Part shown: one piece after another, positions 18,923-27,837 of the stretch | Layout: every line of letters begins with the position of its first letter | Position numbering within the stretch: position 1 is the first letter of the stretch | NCBI RefSeq assembly: GCF_053078305.1 | Contig: NZ_CP166879.1 | Length of the DNA: 64,000 nt | Direction: 5' to 3' (one strand) | The notes under the pieces: generated by a model | What the model saw: only the letters and a program-made list of their open reading frames with translations | What the model was told of the DNA's origin: nothing | Databases searched by the model: none | Made by a program: the position numbers and the translations under genes

Positions 18923-18932
18923 GGGGAAGTGA

Positions 18933-19373
18933 ATGTCTACCTATTCTTTTATGGATGTCACTGCGACGCTGACCGGGCCGACCGGTTCGATTGACCTCGG
19001 GTACGGTTCGGCAAGTTCTGAAGAGGGGATTGTGGTTGCGATGGGCGGTCCTAAAAACACCATGACCATCGGTGCTGATGGCGAAGTGATGCACAGTCTC
19101 CATGCAGATAAAAGCGGGACGATTACCGTTAACCTTCTGAAGACATCACCGACAAATAAAAAATTGTCGCTGGCGTATAACGCACAGAGCCAGTCTTCTG
19201 CCACATGGGGGAATAACGTTATCGTGATCCGCAACAAGGTCAGCGGCGACATCATCACGGCACGCAGTGTTGCGTTCCAGAAACAACCGGATAACGCCAA
19301 CGCTAAAACCGGTAATACGATGCCGTGGGTGTTTGACTGCGGCAAGATTGACCAGGTTCTCGGGGAGTTTTAA
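18933..19373 (+). CDS. Tail tube protein (DUF3277-like from memory)
   Basis: 146 aa, directly after the sheath gene. Confidence 0.65.
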   Translation: MSTYSFMDVTATLTGPTGSIDLGYGSASSEEGIVVAMGGPKNTMTIGADGEVMHSLHADKSGTITVNLLKTSPTNKKLSLAYNAQSQSSATWGNNVIVIRNKVSGDIITARSVAFQKQPDNANAKTGNTMPWVFDCGKIDQVLGEF

Positions 19374-19376
19374 TAC

Positions 19377-19829
19377 ATGGAGTTCGAAATCAAAGGCGTG
19401 AAATATCGCGTGGCAAAACTCAGCGTTTTTGACCAGCTGAAAGTGACCCGCAAACTTCTGCCGGTGCTGGCAGGAATGATGTCAGATTTCGGGAGCATTC
19501 GCTCCCGTTTGCCTGCTGATGGCAAAATCGACACCGTGAAATTCGAGCAGTTAAAACCGGTGTTTGAAACCATGCTCCCGCGTATCGCTGAGGAACTGTC
19601 TTCCCTGACCGAAGATGACACCAGTGCGATTATTCATCCCTGTCTTGCGGTGGTATCGCGGCGTCATATGGACGGATGGGTTCCGGTATTTACCCAGGGC
19701 GAACTGATGTTTGATGATATTGACTTGCTGGTCATGCTGCAGCTGGTGGCGCGGGTGGTCGCCGATTCGCTGGGAAATTTTTTGCCTACACCCCTTACCA
19801 GCACGACGCAGAGCCTGCAACAGGGCTGA
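19377..19829 (+). CDS. Tail assembly chaperone (G-like, zero-frame product)
   Basis: 150 aa, between the tube and tape-measure genes. It contains a slippery heptamer near its 3' end. Confidence 0.65.
   Translation: MEFEIKGVKYRVAKLSVFDQLKVTRKLLPVLAGMMSDFGSIRSRLPADGKIDTVKFEQLKPVFETMLPRIAEELSSLTEDDTSAIIHPCLAVVSRRHMDGWVPVFTQGELMFDDIDLLVMLQLVARVVADSLGNFLPTPLTSTTQSLQQG
19772..19778 (+). promoter_or_regulatory. -1 programmed ribosomal frameshift site G GGA AAT
   Basis: This is an X XXY YYZ heptamer in the correct zero-frame phasing (ctG GGA AAT), one base different from lambda G/GT GGGAAAG. The -1 frame is open from here to 20017. Confidence 0.6.
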
Positions 19830-20017
19830 CGTTTAACAGCCTGCCGGACGGGCTGTCCTACCTTCTCAATCCGGTTGACGCCGGGTTAATTCCTTATACA
19901 GCACTTAAAGATGGCTCTGTCGATTTGTACGATATTGCTCTTTTGAATGACCATCTGGCGGTAAAAGCGGATAACCAGCGGCGCATTGAGAAATGGAGAG
20001 AGGATAATGAACGCTGA
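19778..20017 (+). CDS. T-like extension of the chaperone, reached only by a -1 frameshift (fusion about 213 aa)
   Basis: The -1 frame has no start codon of its own but encodes 79 sensible residues (...LTFNSLPDGLSYLLNPVDAGLIPYTALKDGSVDLYDIALLNDHLAVKADNQRRIEKWREDNER). It ends 11 nt into the tape-measure gene. Confidence 0.55.
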   Translation, partial: FFAYTPYQHDAEPATGLTFNSLPDGLSYLLNPVDAGLIPYTALKDGSVDLYDIALLNDHLAVKADNQRRIEKWREDNER

Positions 20018-21995
20018 AACTATTAAAGATTTCCTCGTCTCGCTTGGCTTCAGTGTGGATGATGCAGGAGCGAAAAAGTTCGGTTCTGTCCTCGCCGGTA
20101 CAACTGCAAATGTCATCAAAATGGGGCTGGCCGTTGAAGGAGCCGCGCTGTCCGTGGTGGCCTTCACGGCTAAGATCGCCTCCGGTCTGGATAATCTTTA
20201 CTGGGCGTCACAGCGCACTGGAGCGACAGTCCAGGGAATTCAGTCTATTGGCTATGCGGTTTCGCAGGTTGGCGGCAGCGTGGACGCTGCGCGATCTTCT
20301 CTGGAAAGCCTCTCCCGGTTTATTCGTAATAATCCCGGTGCAGAGGGATTTCTGAATCGCCTGGGGGTACAGACACGGGATGCCAGCGGTAACATGCGTG
20401 ACATGGCCGCTATTTTTACAGGTGTAGGCCAGAAGCTCAGCGGCATGCCGTATTACCGGGCTAACCAGTATGCGCAGATGCTGGGCATTGACGAAAATAC
20501 CCTTATGGCGATGCGTCGGGGTGTGGGTGGTTTCTCCGGGCAGTACAGCGCAATGGCGAAAGCTATCGGCTTCAATGCTGACGAGGCGGCCAGAAGCTCC
20601 AACAAATTTATGACCTCCCTGCGTGAGTTTAGCGCGATGGCAGGCATGGCCCGTGACAAAATCGGCTCTAATCTTGCGGGTGGACTTGCGGGGTCGCTGG
20701 ACACCCTGCGCCGCCATATCCTGGACAACTTCCCGCGCATCGAGCAGACTCTGACGAAAGCCATAAAAGGCATTCTGGCGCTCGGGGATATTATCGGGCG
20801 GCTGTTCTTCAGACTGATTGAGGGGACATCAGGCCTTATCACCTGGTGGCAATCGCTGGATAAGCAAACGCGGGAGTTGATCTCGCTGTTTGGCGCACTG
20901 ACGATTGCGCTGCGCATTCTGAACAGTACGTTCTGGATGTCGCCGATTGGCCTCATTACCGCGCTGGCGGCGGGGATTGCCCTCCTGTGGGAGGACTATC
21001 AGACCTGGAAGGAAGGCGGCGACAGCCTGATTGACTGGGGCAAGTGGAAACCGGAGGTCGATGCCGCGCTGAAGATGGTTCGTGACCTTAAAACAACCGT
21101 TAACGACCTGGTGAAAGCGCTGGCGAAACTGCTCAATATTGACCTCAAATCATGGTCCCTGAAGTGGGATTTCAGCAACTTCATCGACCAGATGGGCGAA
21201 TTCAGCAAAATGCTGAACATGATCGCCGACCTGCTCAACGCTATCAAAGATGGCCGCTGGGCTGATGCCGTCAGCATCGGCAAACAGATACTTAATCAGG
21301 GCAGCGAAAATCCGTCAGCGATGCCGATGGTTACAGACAGCGCTAACAGTACTGCCGACTGGATTAAAGAGCACTGGGGATTCGATCCCCGCAGCGTGGG
21401 CCGGACGGTACGCGGCTGGTTTGGTGATGATGAGCCGGAACAACATGCACAGGCTACGAAACGAGGAGAACGGAATAACAATCCGGGAAACCTTAATTTT
21501 GCTGGTCAGGCAGGGGCTTCTCTTGAACGCCCGGGCGGGCGATTTGCCAGATTTGAAACTGCCTTTGATGGATTACGGGCTCTTGCTCGTCAGTTAATGC
21601 TGTACGCCGGACGGGGAATAAACAGTGTGGAGAAAATTATCTCTACCTGGGCACCTGCGTCTGATAATAACAACACAACTGCGTATATCAGGGCTGTATC
21701 GCAACGACTGGGAGTGGATCCCCGGGCTGCCCTGAATATGAGCGATCCGCAAACCATGTCAGCATTGATGAGCAGCATTATCCAGCATGAAAATGGAAGA
21801 AATATCTATTCTCGAGAGCTGATTAATAAGGCTGCCGTGGCGGGAATTAGTGGCAAAATGACAGAGGTTAACCAGCAAAATACTTACCACATTTACGGTG
21901 GCGGAGATCCGCACGCTGTCGGTAATGAGGTTGCACGTCGGCAACAGTCTGCAAATGCTCAGGTCATGCGAAGTAATCAGGTGAGGGTGGGTTAG
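20007..21995 (+). CDS. Tail tape measure protein
   Basis: 662 aa, helical and Ala/Gly/Leu-rich, with hydrophobic segments. I chose ATG 20007 (MNAETIKDF...) because GGAGAGAGG precedes it. Confidence 0.8.
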   Translation: MNAETIKDFLVSLGFSVDDAGAKKFGSVLAGTTANVIKMGLAVEGAALSVVAFTAKIASGLDNLYWASQRTGATVQGIQSIGYAVSQVGGSVDAARSSLESLSRFIRNNPGAEGFLNRLGVQTRDASGNMRDMAAIFTGVGQKLSGMPYYRANQYAQMLGIDENTLMAMRRGVGGFSGQYSAMAKAIGFNADEAARSSNKFMTSLREFSAMAGMARDKIGSNLAGGLAGSLDTLRRHILDNFPRIEQTLTKAIKGILALGDIIGRLFFRLIEGTSGLITWWQSLDKQTRELISLFGALTIALRILNSTFWMSPIGLITALAAGIALLWEDYQTWKEGGDSLIDWGKWKPEVDAALKMVRDLKTTVNDLVKALAKLLNIDLKSWSLKWDFSNFIDQMGEFSKMLNMIADLLNAIKDGRWADAVSIGKQILNQGSENPSAMPMVTDSANSTADWIKEHWGFDPRSVGRTVRGWFGDDEPEQHAQATKRGERNNNPGNLNFAGQAGASLERPGGRFARFETAFDGLRALARQLMLYAGRGINSVEKIISTWAPASDNNNTTAYIRAVSQRLGVDPRAALNMSDPQTMSALMSSIIQHENGRNIYSRELINKAAVAGISGKMTEVNQQNTYHIYGGGDPHAVGNEVARRQQSANAQVMRSNQVRVG

Positions 21996-22582
21996 TGGAT
22001 ATTCTCTCTACACTTTTTCATCAGCAGAGCAGAAAAATAGGAATGATTGTTCCCAGTGTTGTTATTTCAGAGAAGCATACAGATATGCTTGAAATAACAG
22101 AGCATCCGGTAGAGGTTGGGGCCGCTGTCGCTGATCATGCCTATAAAAAACCGTCAGAAGTGGTGATGGAGGTTGGTTTCGCCGGTGGCGGCGCATTGCT
22201 GGATTTTGCCAGTAATCTGACGGCTACCAGCCTGCTCGGCCTGAGTCCTCAGCAGACGTATCAGGAGCTACTGGATCTGCAGGAAAGCCGTATCCCCTTC
22301 GATGTGGTAACCGGTAAACGACTGTACAGCAACATGTTGATCCGGGCGTTGGAAGTGACGACGGACAAGACAACCGAAAACGTCCTGTCCGCCGTCCTCA
22401 CCCTGAGGGAGGTCATTATCTCCCGGACACAGCAGATTACCGTCGCGGATAAAACCAACATGAAGGAAGGGGCCAGCACGTCGGCGGTACAGAACAGCGG
22501 CAACAAAACCACAAAGCCTCCAGATACTTCACTGCTGAAAAGCATCACGGGTAACGTGGCGTCATTACTGGGGGGCGGCTAA
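21995..22582 (+). CDS. Tail-tip/baseplate protein, hypothetical
   Basis: 195 aa. Its start overlaps the tape-measure stop. Function is assigned by position only. Confidence 0.4.
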   Translation: MDILSTLFHQQSRKIGMIVPSVVISEKHTDMLEITEHPVEVGAAVADHAYKKPSEVVMEVGFAGGGALLDFASNLTATSLLGLSPQQTYQELLDLQESRIPFDVVTGKRLYSNMLIRALEVTTDKTTENVLSAVLTLREVIISRTQQITVADKTNMKEGASTSAVQNSGNKTTKPPDTSLLKSITGNVASLLGGG

Positions 22583-22884
22583 TGACAATTCAGGAAATTC
22601 CGCTGACAGCGGACAACCAGCAGTTCAGCATCGTCCTGGGGGGTGTCACCTGGCGGATTAGCATCATATGGCGCGATCTGTACTGGATTATGGACCTGCA
22701 GAACGACAGAGGGGAGCCGGTAATCTCCGGTATTCCTCTTGTCACTGGTGCTGACCTGCTGGCGCAGTACGCCTGTATGGGGCTTGGTTTTAAGCTGGTG
22801 GTGGTCTGTGATGACAACACACAGGATTACCCCACAAAAACTGACCTGGGCGGTCGCAGCCATTTACTGGTATCAACGGAGTAA
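22582..22884 (+). CDS. Small baseplate-module protein, hypothetical
   Basis: 100 aa, with an ATGA-type overlap with the upstream gene. Confidence 0.4.
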   Translation: MTIQEIPLTADNQQFSIVLGGVTWRISIIWRDLYWIMDLQNDRGEPVISGIPLVTGADLLAQYACMGLGFKLVVVCDDNTQDYPTKTDLGGRSHLLVSTE

Positions 22885-22886
22885 GC

Positions 22887-23951
22887 ATGTCACAGAACTG
22901 GATGAGACATTTCGAGCTGCAGCTTGTGGACGGGAACGGTCAGGGAATTGAGCTAAGTGATTTCAAAGTCACCTTTACGATCGACTGGTTCAACATCAGC
23001 AGCGCGTCCCGGGTAGGGACTATCAAAATTTATAACCTCTCGGCAGATACTGTGAACCGAATTACCGGGCAGGAGTTTTCGAAAGTGCGTCTGATTGCCG
23101 GTTACGACGGTATCGCGCCGGAGGTGTCAGCAAGCGACGTAGGGACCGTGCGGGGAGTTGACGCGGCGGACGTGGGCCAGAGAGATGGCCGCAACTACGG
23201 ACTGATTTTCAGCGGTGAAATTCGCTACTCGGTCACAGGAAAAGACAGTCCGGTTGATACCTACGTCCTGATTCAGGCAGCAGATACTGATCTGGCTTTT
23301 GCCACCAGTATAACCTCACAGACGCTGGCTGCCGGTTACACGGTCGCTGATGTGAACCGTGCGCTGATGAAAGACTTCGAAGCCAAAGGCGCGACCGAAG
23401 GCCTGACGCCTGAAATGCCTGCTACTGTATTCCCCCGGGGGCGGGTACTCTTTGGCATGACGCGGCATCTAATGGATAACGTAGCCGGACAATGTGGCGC
23501 AACATGGCAATTCGTGGACGGTCAGCGCCAGATGGTGGCGAATAACGAATATGTTCACGAAGCGATTGTGCTCAACAGCGCTACCGGGCTTATTGGCATG
23601 CCGCAGCAGACTATCGGTAACGGCGTAAACGTCCGCGCGCTTATTAATCCGAACATCCGGGTTAACGGGCTCATTCAGCTGGATCAGGCTTCCGTCTATC
23701 GTACCGCGTTGTCGAACAACGATATTGCGATGGCTGGTGGTCAGATCACCGACCAGAACACGGACGGAAATATCACGCTCAGCGGCACCACATCGCAGCC
23801 TGCCTGCATCGCAACGGATGGCGTTTATATTGTGCGCGGGATTATGTACACTGGCGACACAAGGGGCCAGGCGTGGTACATGGATATGATGTGTGAAGCG
23901 CGTGGCGCGGCGGATCTTGTTTCCTCATCAGCGAGGGAAAGAGGGCTTTAA
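22887..23951 (+). CDS. Baseplate hub protein (Mu gp44 / P2 gpD-like position)
   Basis: 354 aa. It lies after the tape-measure-proximal genes and before the spike gene. Confidence 0.55.
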   Translation: MSQNWMRHFELQLVDGNGQGIELSDFKVTFTIDWFNISSASRVGTIKIYNLSADTVNRITGQEFSKVRLIAGYDGIAPEVSASDVGTVRGVDAADVGQRDGRNYGLIFSGEIRYSVTGKDSPVDTYVLIQAADTDLAFATSITSQTLAAGYTVADVNRALMKDFEAKGATEGLTPEMPATVFPRGRVLFGMTRHLMDNVAGQCGATWQFVDGQRQMVANNEYVHEAIVLNSATGLIGMPQQTIGNGVNVRALINPNIRVNGLIQLDQASVYRTALSNNDIAMAGGQITDQNTDGNITLSGTTSQPACIATDGVYIVRGIMYTGDTRGQAWYMDMMCEARGAADLVSSSARERGL

Positions 23952-24286
23952 TGAAACGGTTATGTTTGGCGTTAGTTATGATGGTTACTGCTCCGGCGAT
24001 GGCTGCAATTCAGTGCGGCAACTACACGATGACCGGTGACGGAATGACTGTTATTAACGGTGAAACTGTCACATCACAGAAGATAAAATTTCTGGGAAAA
24101 GATGGTGACTATTCAAACATGAAAATGGACATGGGCCTGATGCCTTCCCGTGATGGTAACAATTACGGCTTTGAGTTTGTGAAACGTAACGGAAAAGCTT
24201 TCCTGAACGTCCAGCTGCTGCAGAACAGCATGGACGCGCCGAAAATCATTGGATCTTTCCCGTGTAAAAAAGTGAGCAGCAAGTGA
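23951..24286 (+). CDS. Secreted small protein, 111 aa (cargo gene, function unknown)
   Basis: Sec signal peptide MKRLCLALVMMVTAPAMA|A. The mature part is beta-rich with two Cys. GC is lower than in the flanking genes. It is inserted between the hub and spike genes. Confidence 0.6.
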   Translation: MKRLCLALVMMVTAPAMAAIQCGNYTMTGDGMTVINGETVTSQKIKFLGKDGDYSNMKMDMGLMPSRDGNNYGFEFVKRNGKAFLNVQLLQNSMDAPKIIGSFPCKKVSSK

Positions 24287-24795
24287 CAGTTGATGATGAT
24301 CCTTTGAATTCATTTCAAGACCCTGACTTTCAGGAACTTCTCGGCGGAATTGATATTACTCTTGTTATAAGGTTTTTTAATTATTTTTCGCGTTTCGAAT
24401 ATGCGTTAAAAAGAATTAATTTCAAAAAAACTGATCGTAGAAATTATCTAATCGGTGCTGACTGGAGCCGCTACGCTACTGATGATACGCGGCCTTTATA
24501 TCCTACTGGAAATAGAAATGTCGATAGGGCAGTTGAGTATCTATGTCAGCAACCTGTGAAGCAGCAGAGGCATGATTTTTCGTGGGAGGATAAACCTCCA
24601 ATCGAACCTCATTCTCTTGCTGAAGCATTAAAGCAGATCCCGTATATAAGAAATAATCTCTTTCACGGCGGGAAGTATTTACGTCCCGACCCCGTTCGTG
24701 ATGAAAAGTTATTGAAATACTCTATTTATTTGATGCAGTTGTGTTTGATAACTGATAATCAGCTTTCTGAATACTTTAATACTATCCACCGATAG
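24283..24795 (+). CDS. HEPN-motif protein, 170 aa (cargo gene; candidate RNase/abortive-infection effector)
   Basis: IPYIRNNLFHGGK contains R-N-x-x-x-H, the HEPN Rx4-6H signature. The gene is AT-rich (14 G+C in 24361-24420). It uses a GTG start overlapping the upstream stop, so the start is uncertain. A strong terminator follows. Confidence 0.5.
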   Translation: MTVDDDPLNSFQDPDFQELLGGIDITLVIRFFNYFSRFEYALKRINFKKTDRRNYLIGADWSRYATDDTRPLYPTGNRNVDRAVEYLCQQPVKQQRHDFSWEDKPPIEPHSLAEALKQIPYIRNNLFHGGKYLRPDPVRDEKLLKYSIYLMQLCLITDNQLSEYFNTIHR

Positions 24796-24813
24796 TCATT
24801 CTTCATGAGATAA

Positions 24814-24837
24814 AACCTGCCACCCGGCGGGTTTTTT
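24814..24837 (+). terminator. Rho-independent terminator closing the cargo insert inside the late operon
   Basis: AACCTGCC-ACCC-GGCGGGTT followed by TTTT. Confidence 0.75.
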
Positions 24838-24855
24838 GCTTTTTGGAGCCTAACA

Positions 24856-25608
24856 ATGGCAGTAACTGACCAGACCCGCAGTGGCGATCTTGCCGAAACA
24901 TTTAAATCTGAACGGGAAACAACAAAGAACCAGATCCGTGTCGCCTTGCCTGGCATTATTCAGTCATTCGATCCTGACGCGGTGACGGCGGTTGTGCAGC
25001 CAGCTATCCGGTCGGTTGAAAAGGATAACGACGGTAACCGCATTACCAAAAATTACCCATTGCTGGTGGATGTGCCAGTGGTATTCCCGCGCGGCGGAGG
25101 CTGTACGTTGACTTTTCCGGTAAAAGCTGGGGATGAGTGTCTTGTCGTTTTTGCCGATCGTTGTATTGATTTCTGGTGGCAGAGCGGCGGGATACAGGAG
25201 ACGGTTGATGACAGAATGCATGATTTATCGGATGCGTTTTGTATTGTCGGTCCCCAGTCGCAGGCAAGGAAGATTAGCGGTATTAATACCAGTGCCACAC
25301 AGTTGCGTAGTGACGACGGCAGCACCTATTTTGAGCTTAATCCTGATACCCGGAAAATTAAAATTGTCGCTCCGGGGGGGCTTGATGTGGTTGCCCCCCT
25401 GGCTGATTTTTCTGAGAAAGTAACCATTCATGGCCTGTTAACCTGGATGGGGGGCATGGTGGGGTCTGTTGTTTCTGGTGTGGCTTCAAAAATCACTGGT
25501 GCTGTTGAGTTTTTGGGTAGCGTGAAGGCTAACGGCAAGCCAATCGATGATACGCACACTCATGGTGGTGTTCAGCGCGGTGGAAGCAATACCGACGGAG
25601 TAAACTGA
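24856..25608 (+). CDS. Baseplate central spike (Mu gp45 / gp138-N / gpV-like)
   Basis: IRVALPGIIQSFDPD...PLLVDVPVVFP...GDECLVVFADRCID is typical of spike OB-fold N-domains (from memory). Confidence 0.65.
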   Translation: MAVTDQTRSGDLAETFKSERETTKNQIRVALPGIIQSFDPDAVTAVVQPAIRSVEKDNDGNRITKNYPLLVDVPVVFPRGGGCTLTFPVKAGDECLVVFADRCIDFWWQSGGIQETVDDRMHDLSDAFCIVGPQSQARKISGINTSATQLRSDDGSTYFELNPDTRKIKIVAPGGLDVVAPLADFSEKVTIHGLLTWMGGMVGSVVSGVASKITGAVEFLGSVKANGKPIDDTHTHGGVQRGGSNTDGVN

Positions 25609-25961
25609 TGCGATACAGACGTGAAGACGCCGATGGCGATTACACCTTTGGCAGCGGTGATGACACCTGGCTGATTAACTCACCGGAGGCCGTGGCGCAG
25701 GCGGTAAAAACGCGATTCGAATTGTGGTATGGGCAATGGTTTCTCGACACCACCGAGGGGACTCCGTGGATCCAGTCCGTACTCGGTAAGCAGAAGCCGG
25801 AAACCTACAACCTGGCGATCCGTAAGCGCATCCTCGAAACGCGGGGCGTTAAATCAATCCTCTCTTTCAATACGACGGTGGATACCACGACCCGACGTGT
25901 CATGTTTTCCGCTGAAATCGACACTCTTTATGGAATAACGACTGTTACATCGGAGGCGTAA
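25608..25961 (+). CDS. Baseplate wedge protein (gp25/W or Mu gp46-like position)
   Basis: 117 aa, between the spike and the J-like gene, with overlapping starts. Confidence 0.5.
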   Translation: MRYRREDADGDYTFGSGDDTWLINSPEAVAQAVKTRFELWYGQWFLDTTEGTPWIQSVLGKQKPETYNLAIRKRILETRGVKSILSFNTTVDTTTRRVMFSAEIDTLYGITTVTSEA

Positions 25962-27160
25962 TGGCTCTGAACCTTGATTCTCTCGGTTTATCTGCAAAGG
26001 TAACCGCGGAGGGGATCAGTGCGCCTGATTATCAGACGATACTCAGCACCCTGATTAGCTATTTTCAGCAGATTTATGGCAGTGATGCCTACCTCGAACC
26101 GGACAGCAAAGACGGCCAGATGGTGGCTCTGATGGCGCTGGCGATTCATGATGCCAATAATATGGCGATAACTGTCTACAACTGTTTTTCACCGGCAACC
26201 GGCTATGGGGCTGCACTGACCAGTAACGTGAAAATAAATGGTATTTCACGTAAAGGCGCGACGAACTCTACGGTTGATTTGCTTCTTACAGGAACTGCCG
26301 GAACAACCATCATTAATGGCAGCGTGAAAGACAGTAATAATGTGATATGGCGTTTGCCTGCTTCAGTAGTGGTCGGCGTGGATGGTACAGTGATGGCGAC
26401 CGCAACATGTTCCGTCAGTGGTGCAGTGGCGGCGCTGGCTGGAACTATCACTGAAATTAATACGCCAACCCGTGGCTGGGTTTCGGTAACTAATCCTGCT
26501 GCGGCTACTGTGGGCACTCTGGCAGAAACTGACGCGGAGTTACGTATCCGTCAGTCGCAAAGTGTTGCGTTGCCATCAATAACCCCATTTGAAGCACTGG
26601 ATGGTGCTGTTTCTAATGTTACCGGTGTAACCCGCCACAAACTCTATGAAAACGATACTGGTTCGGAGGACGGTAACGGGTTACCGCCACACTCTGTTGC
26701 TGTAATTGTGGATGGCGGTGATGTGACGGATATTGCTCAGGCTATCAGAGGGAATAAAGGCCAGGGGACAGCCACTCACGGTACAACATCCGTTACGGTT
26801 CCGGATAAATACGGCAATCCCCATGTAATCAAATTCTCGCGTTCCAGTGATGTGCCTGTTTATGCCCGGATTAAATTAAAAGTTTTTACGGGTTATACCT
26901 CACAGATAGGGCAGCAGATCCAGCAGGCTATTTCCGACTATATCAATAGTTTGACGATTGGTGATTCGGTCCTTTTAAGTCGCATTTACTCACCGGCGAA
27001 TCTTGGCGTGGTGAGTGGCGGGAATGCACGCTATTACGATATTCAGGAACTGACGATTGGGAAATCCCCGGGGGCTTTGTCGTCATCAAACATTGATATC
27101 AGATACAACGAATCTGCGTCCTGTACCCCGGAAAATATCGTTATAACGGTGGAGTCATGA
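25961..27160 (+). CDS. Baseplate J-like protein (Mu gp47-like)
   Basis: 399 aa. The position and N-terminal region are consistent with the Baseplate_J family (from memory). Confidence 0.65.
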   Translation: MALNLDSLGLSAKVTAEGISAPDYQTILSTLISYFQQIYGSDAYLEPDSKDGQMVALMALAIHDANNMAITVYNCFSPATGYGAALTSNVKINGISRKGATNSTVDLLLTGTAGTTIINGSVKDSNNVIWRLPASVVVGVDGTVMATATCSVSGAVAALAGTITEINTPTRGWVSVTNPAAATVGTLAETDAELRIRQSQSVALPSITPFEALDGAVSNVTGVTRHKLYENDTGSEDGNGLPPHSVAVIVDGGDVTDIAQAIRGNKGQGTATHGTTSVTVPDKYGNPHVIKFSRSSDVPVYARIKLKVFTGYTSQIGQQIQQAISDYINSLTIGDSVLLSRIYSPANLGVVSGGNARYYDIQELTIGKSPGALSSSNIDIRYNESASCTPENIVITVES

Positions 27161-27837
27161 GCAAATACACCGAACTAATCACGAACTACCACGCCACCAA
27201 ACCTAAATTTCTTGCGCATGTTGATCTGATGACCCGGCCGCTTATTGATGTTGCGGCTGCCACCAGAGGGCTGATTACTGCATTTGATATTGACTCTGCG
27301 GTTGGTGTGCAACTTGACATTCTGGGATTGTGGATCGGACGTAGCCGTGTTGTCAGCCAGCCTATCTCAGGTGTCTATTTCAGCTGGGATACCGACGGGC
27401 TTGGATATGATCAGGGGGTATGGCAGGGACCATACGATCCTGATTCCGGATACATGTACCTCAGCGATGAAACTTATCGTGTCATTCTTAAAGCGAAGAT
27501 TGCGATTAATAACTGGGATGGACGGAATGATTCGCTTCCGGCAATTCTTGACGCTGCAACAGCAGGATCCGGGCTGCGAATGCAGATAGTCGATAACCAG
27601 GACATGACGATATCGGTCTGGGTCTTTCCTGATACTGATATTTCAGATGTATCGCGTGAGTTAATTGCGGCAATTAAACAGGGGTATCTCACAGTAAAAG
27701 CCGCCGGGGTATGGGCGGGTGGCATTGAAACACCTTCGGTGGAAACCCCATCGGAAGGCTCAAAATTTTTTGGTTTTGATATGGATAACGAATTCATCAG
27801 TGGTTTTGATGTAGGAGCATGGGGAGTATTACTCTGA
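27157..27837 (+). CDS. Baseplate protein (DUF2612 / Mu gp48-like from memory)
   Basis: 226 aa, directly upstream of the tail fibre gene. Confidence 0.55.
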   Translation: MSKYTELITNYHATKPKFLAHVDLMTRPLIDVAAATRGLITAFDIDSAVGVQLDILGLWIGRSRVVSQPISGVYFSWDTDGLGYDQGVWQGPYDPDSGYMYLSDETYRVILKAKIAINNWDGRNDSLPAILDAATAGSGLRMQIVDNQDMTISVWVFPDTDISDVSRELIAAIKQGYLTVKAAGVWAGGIETPSVETPSEGSKFFGFDMDNEFISGFDVGAWGVLL

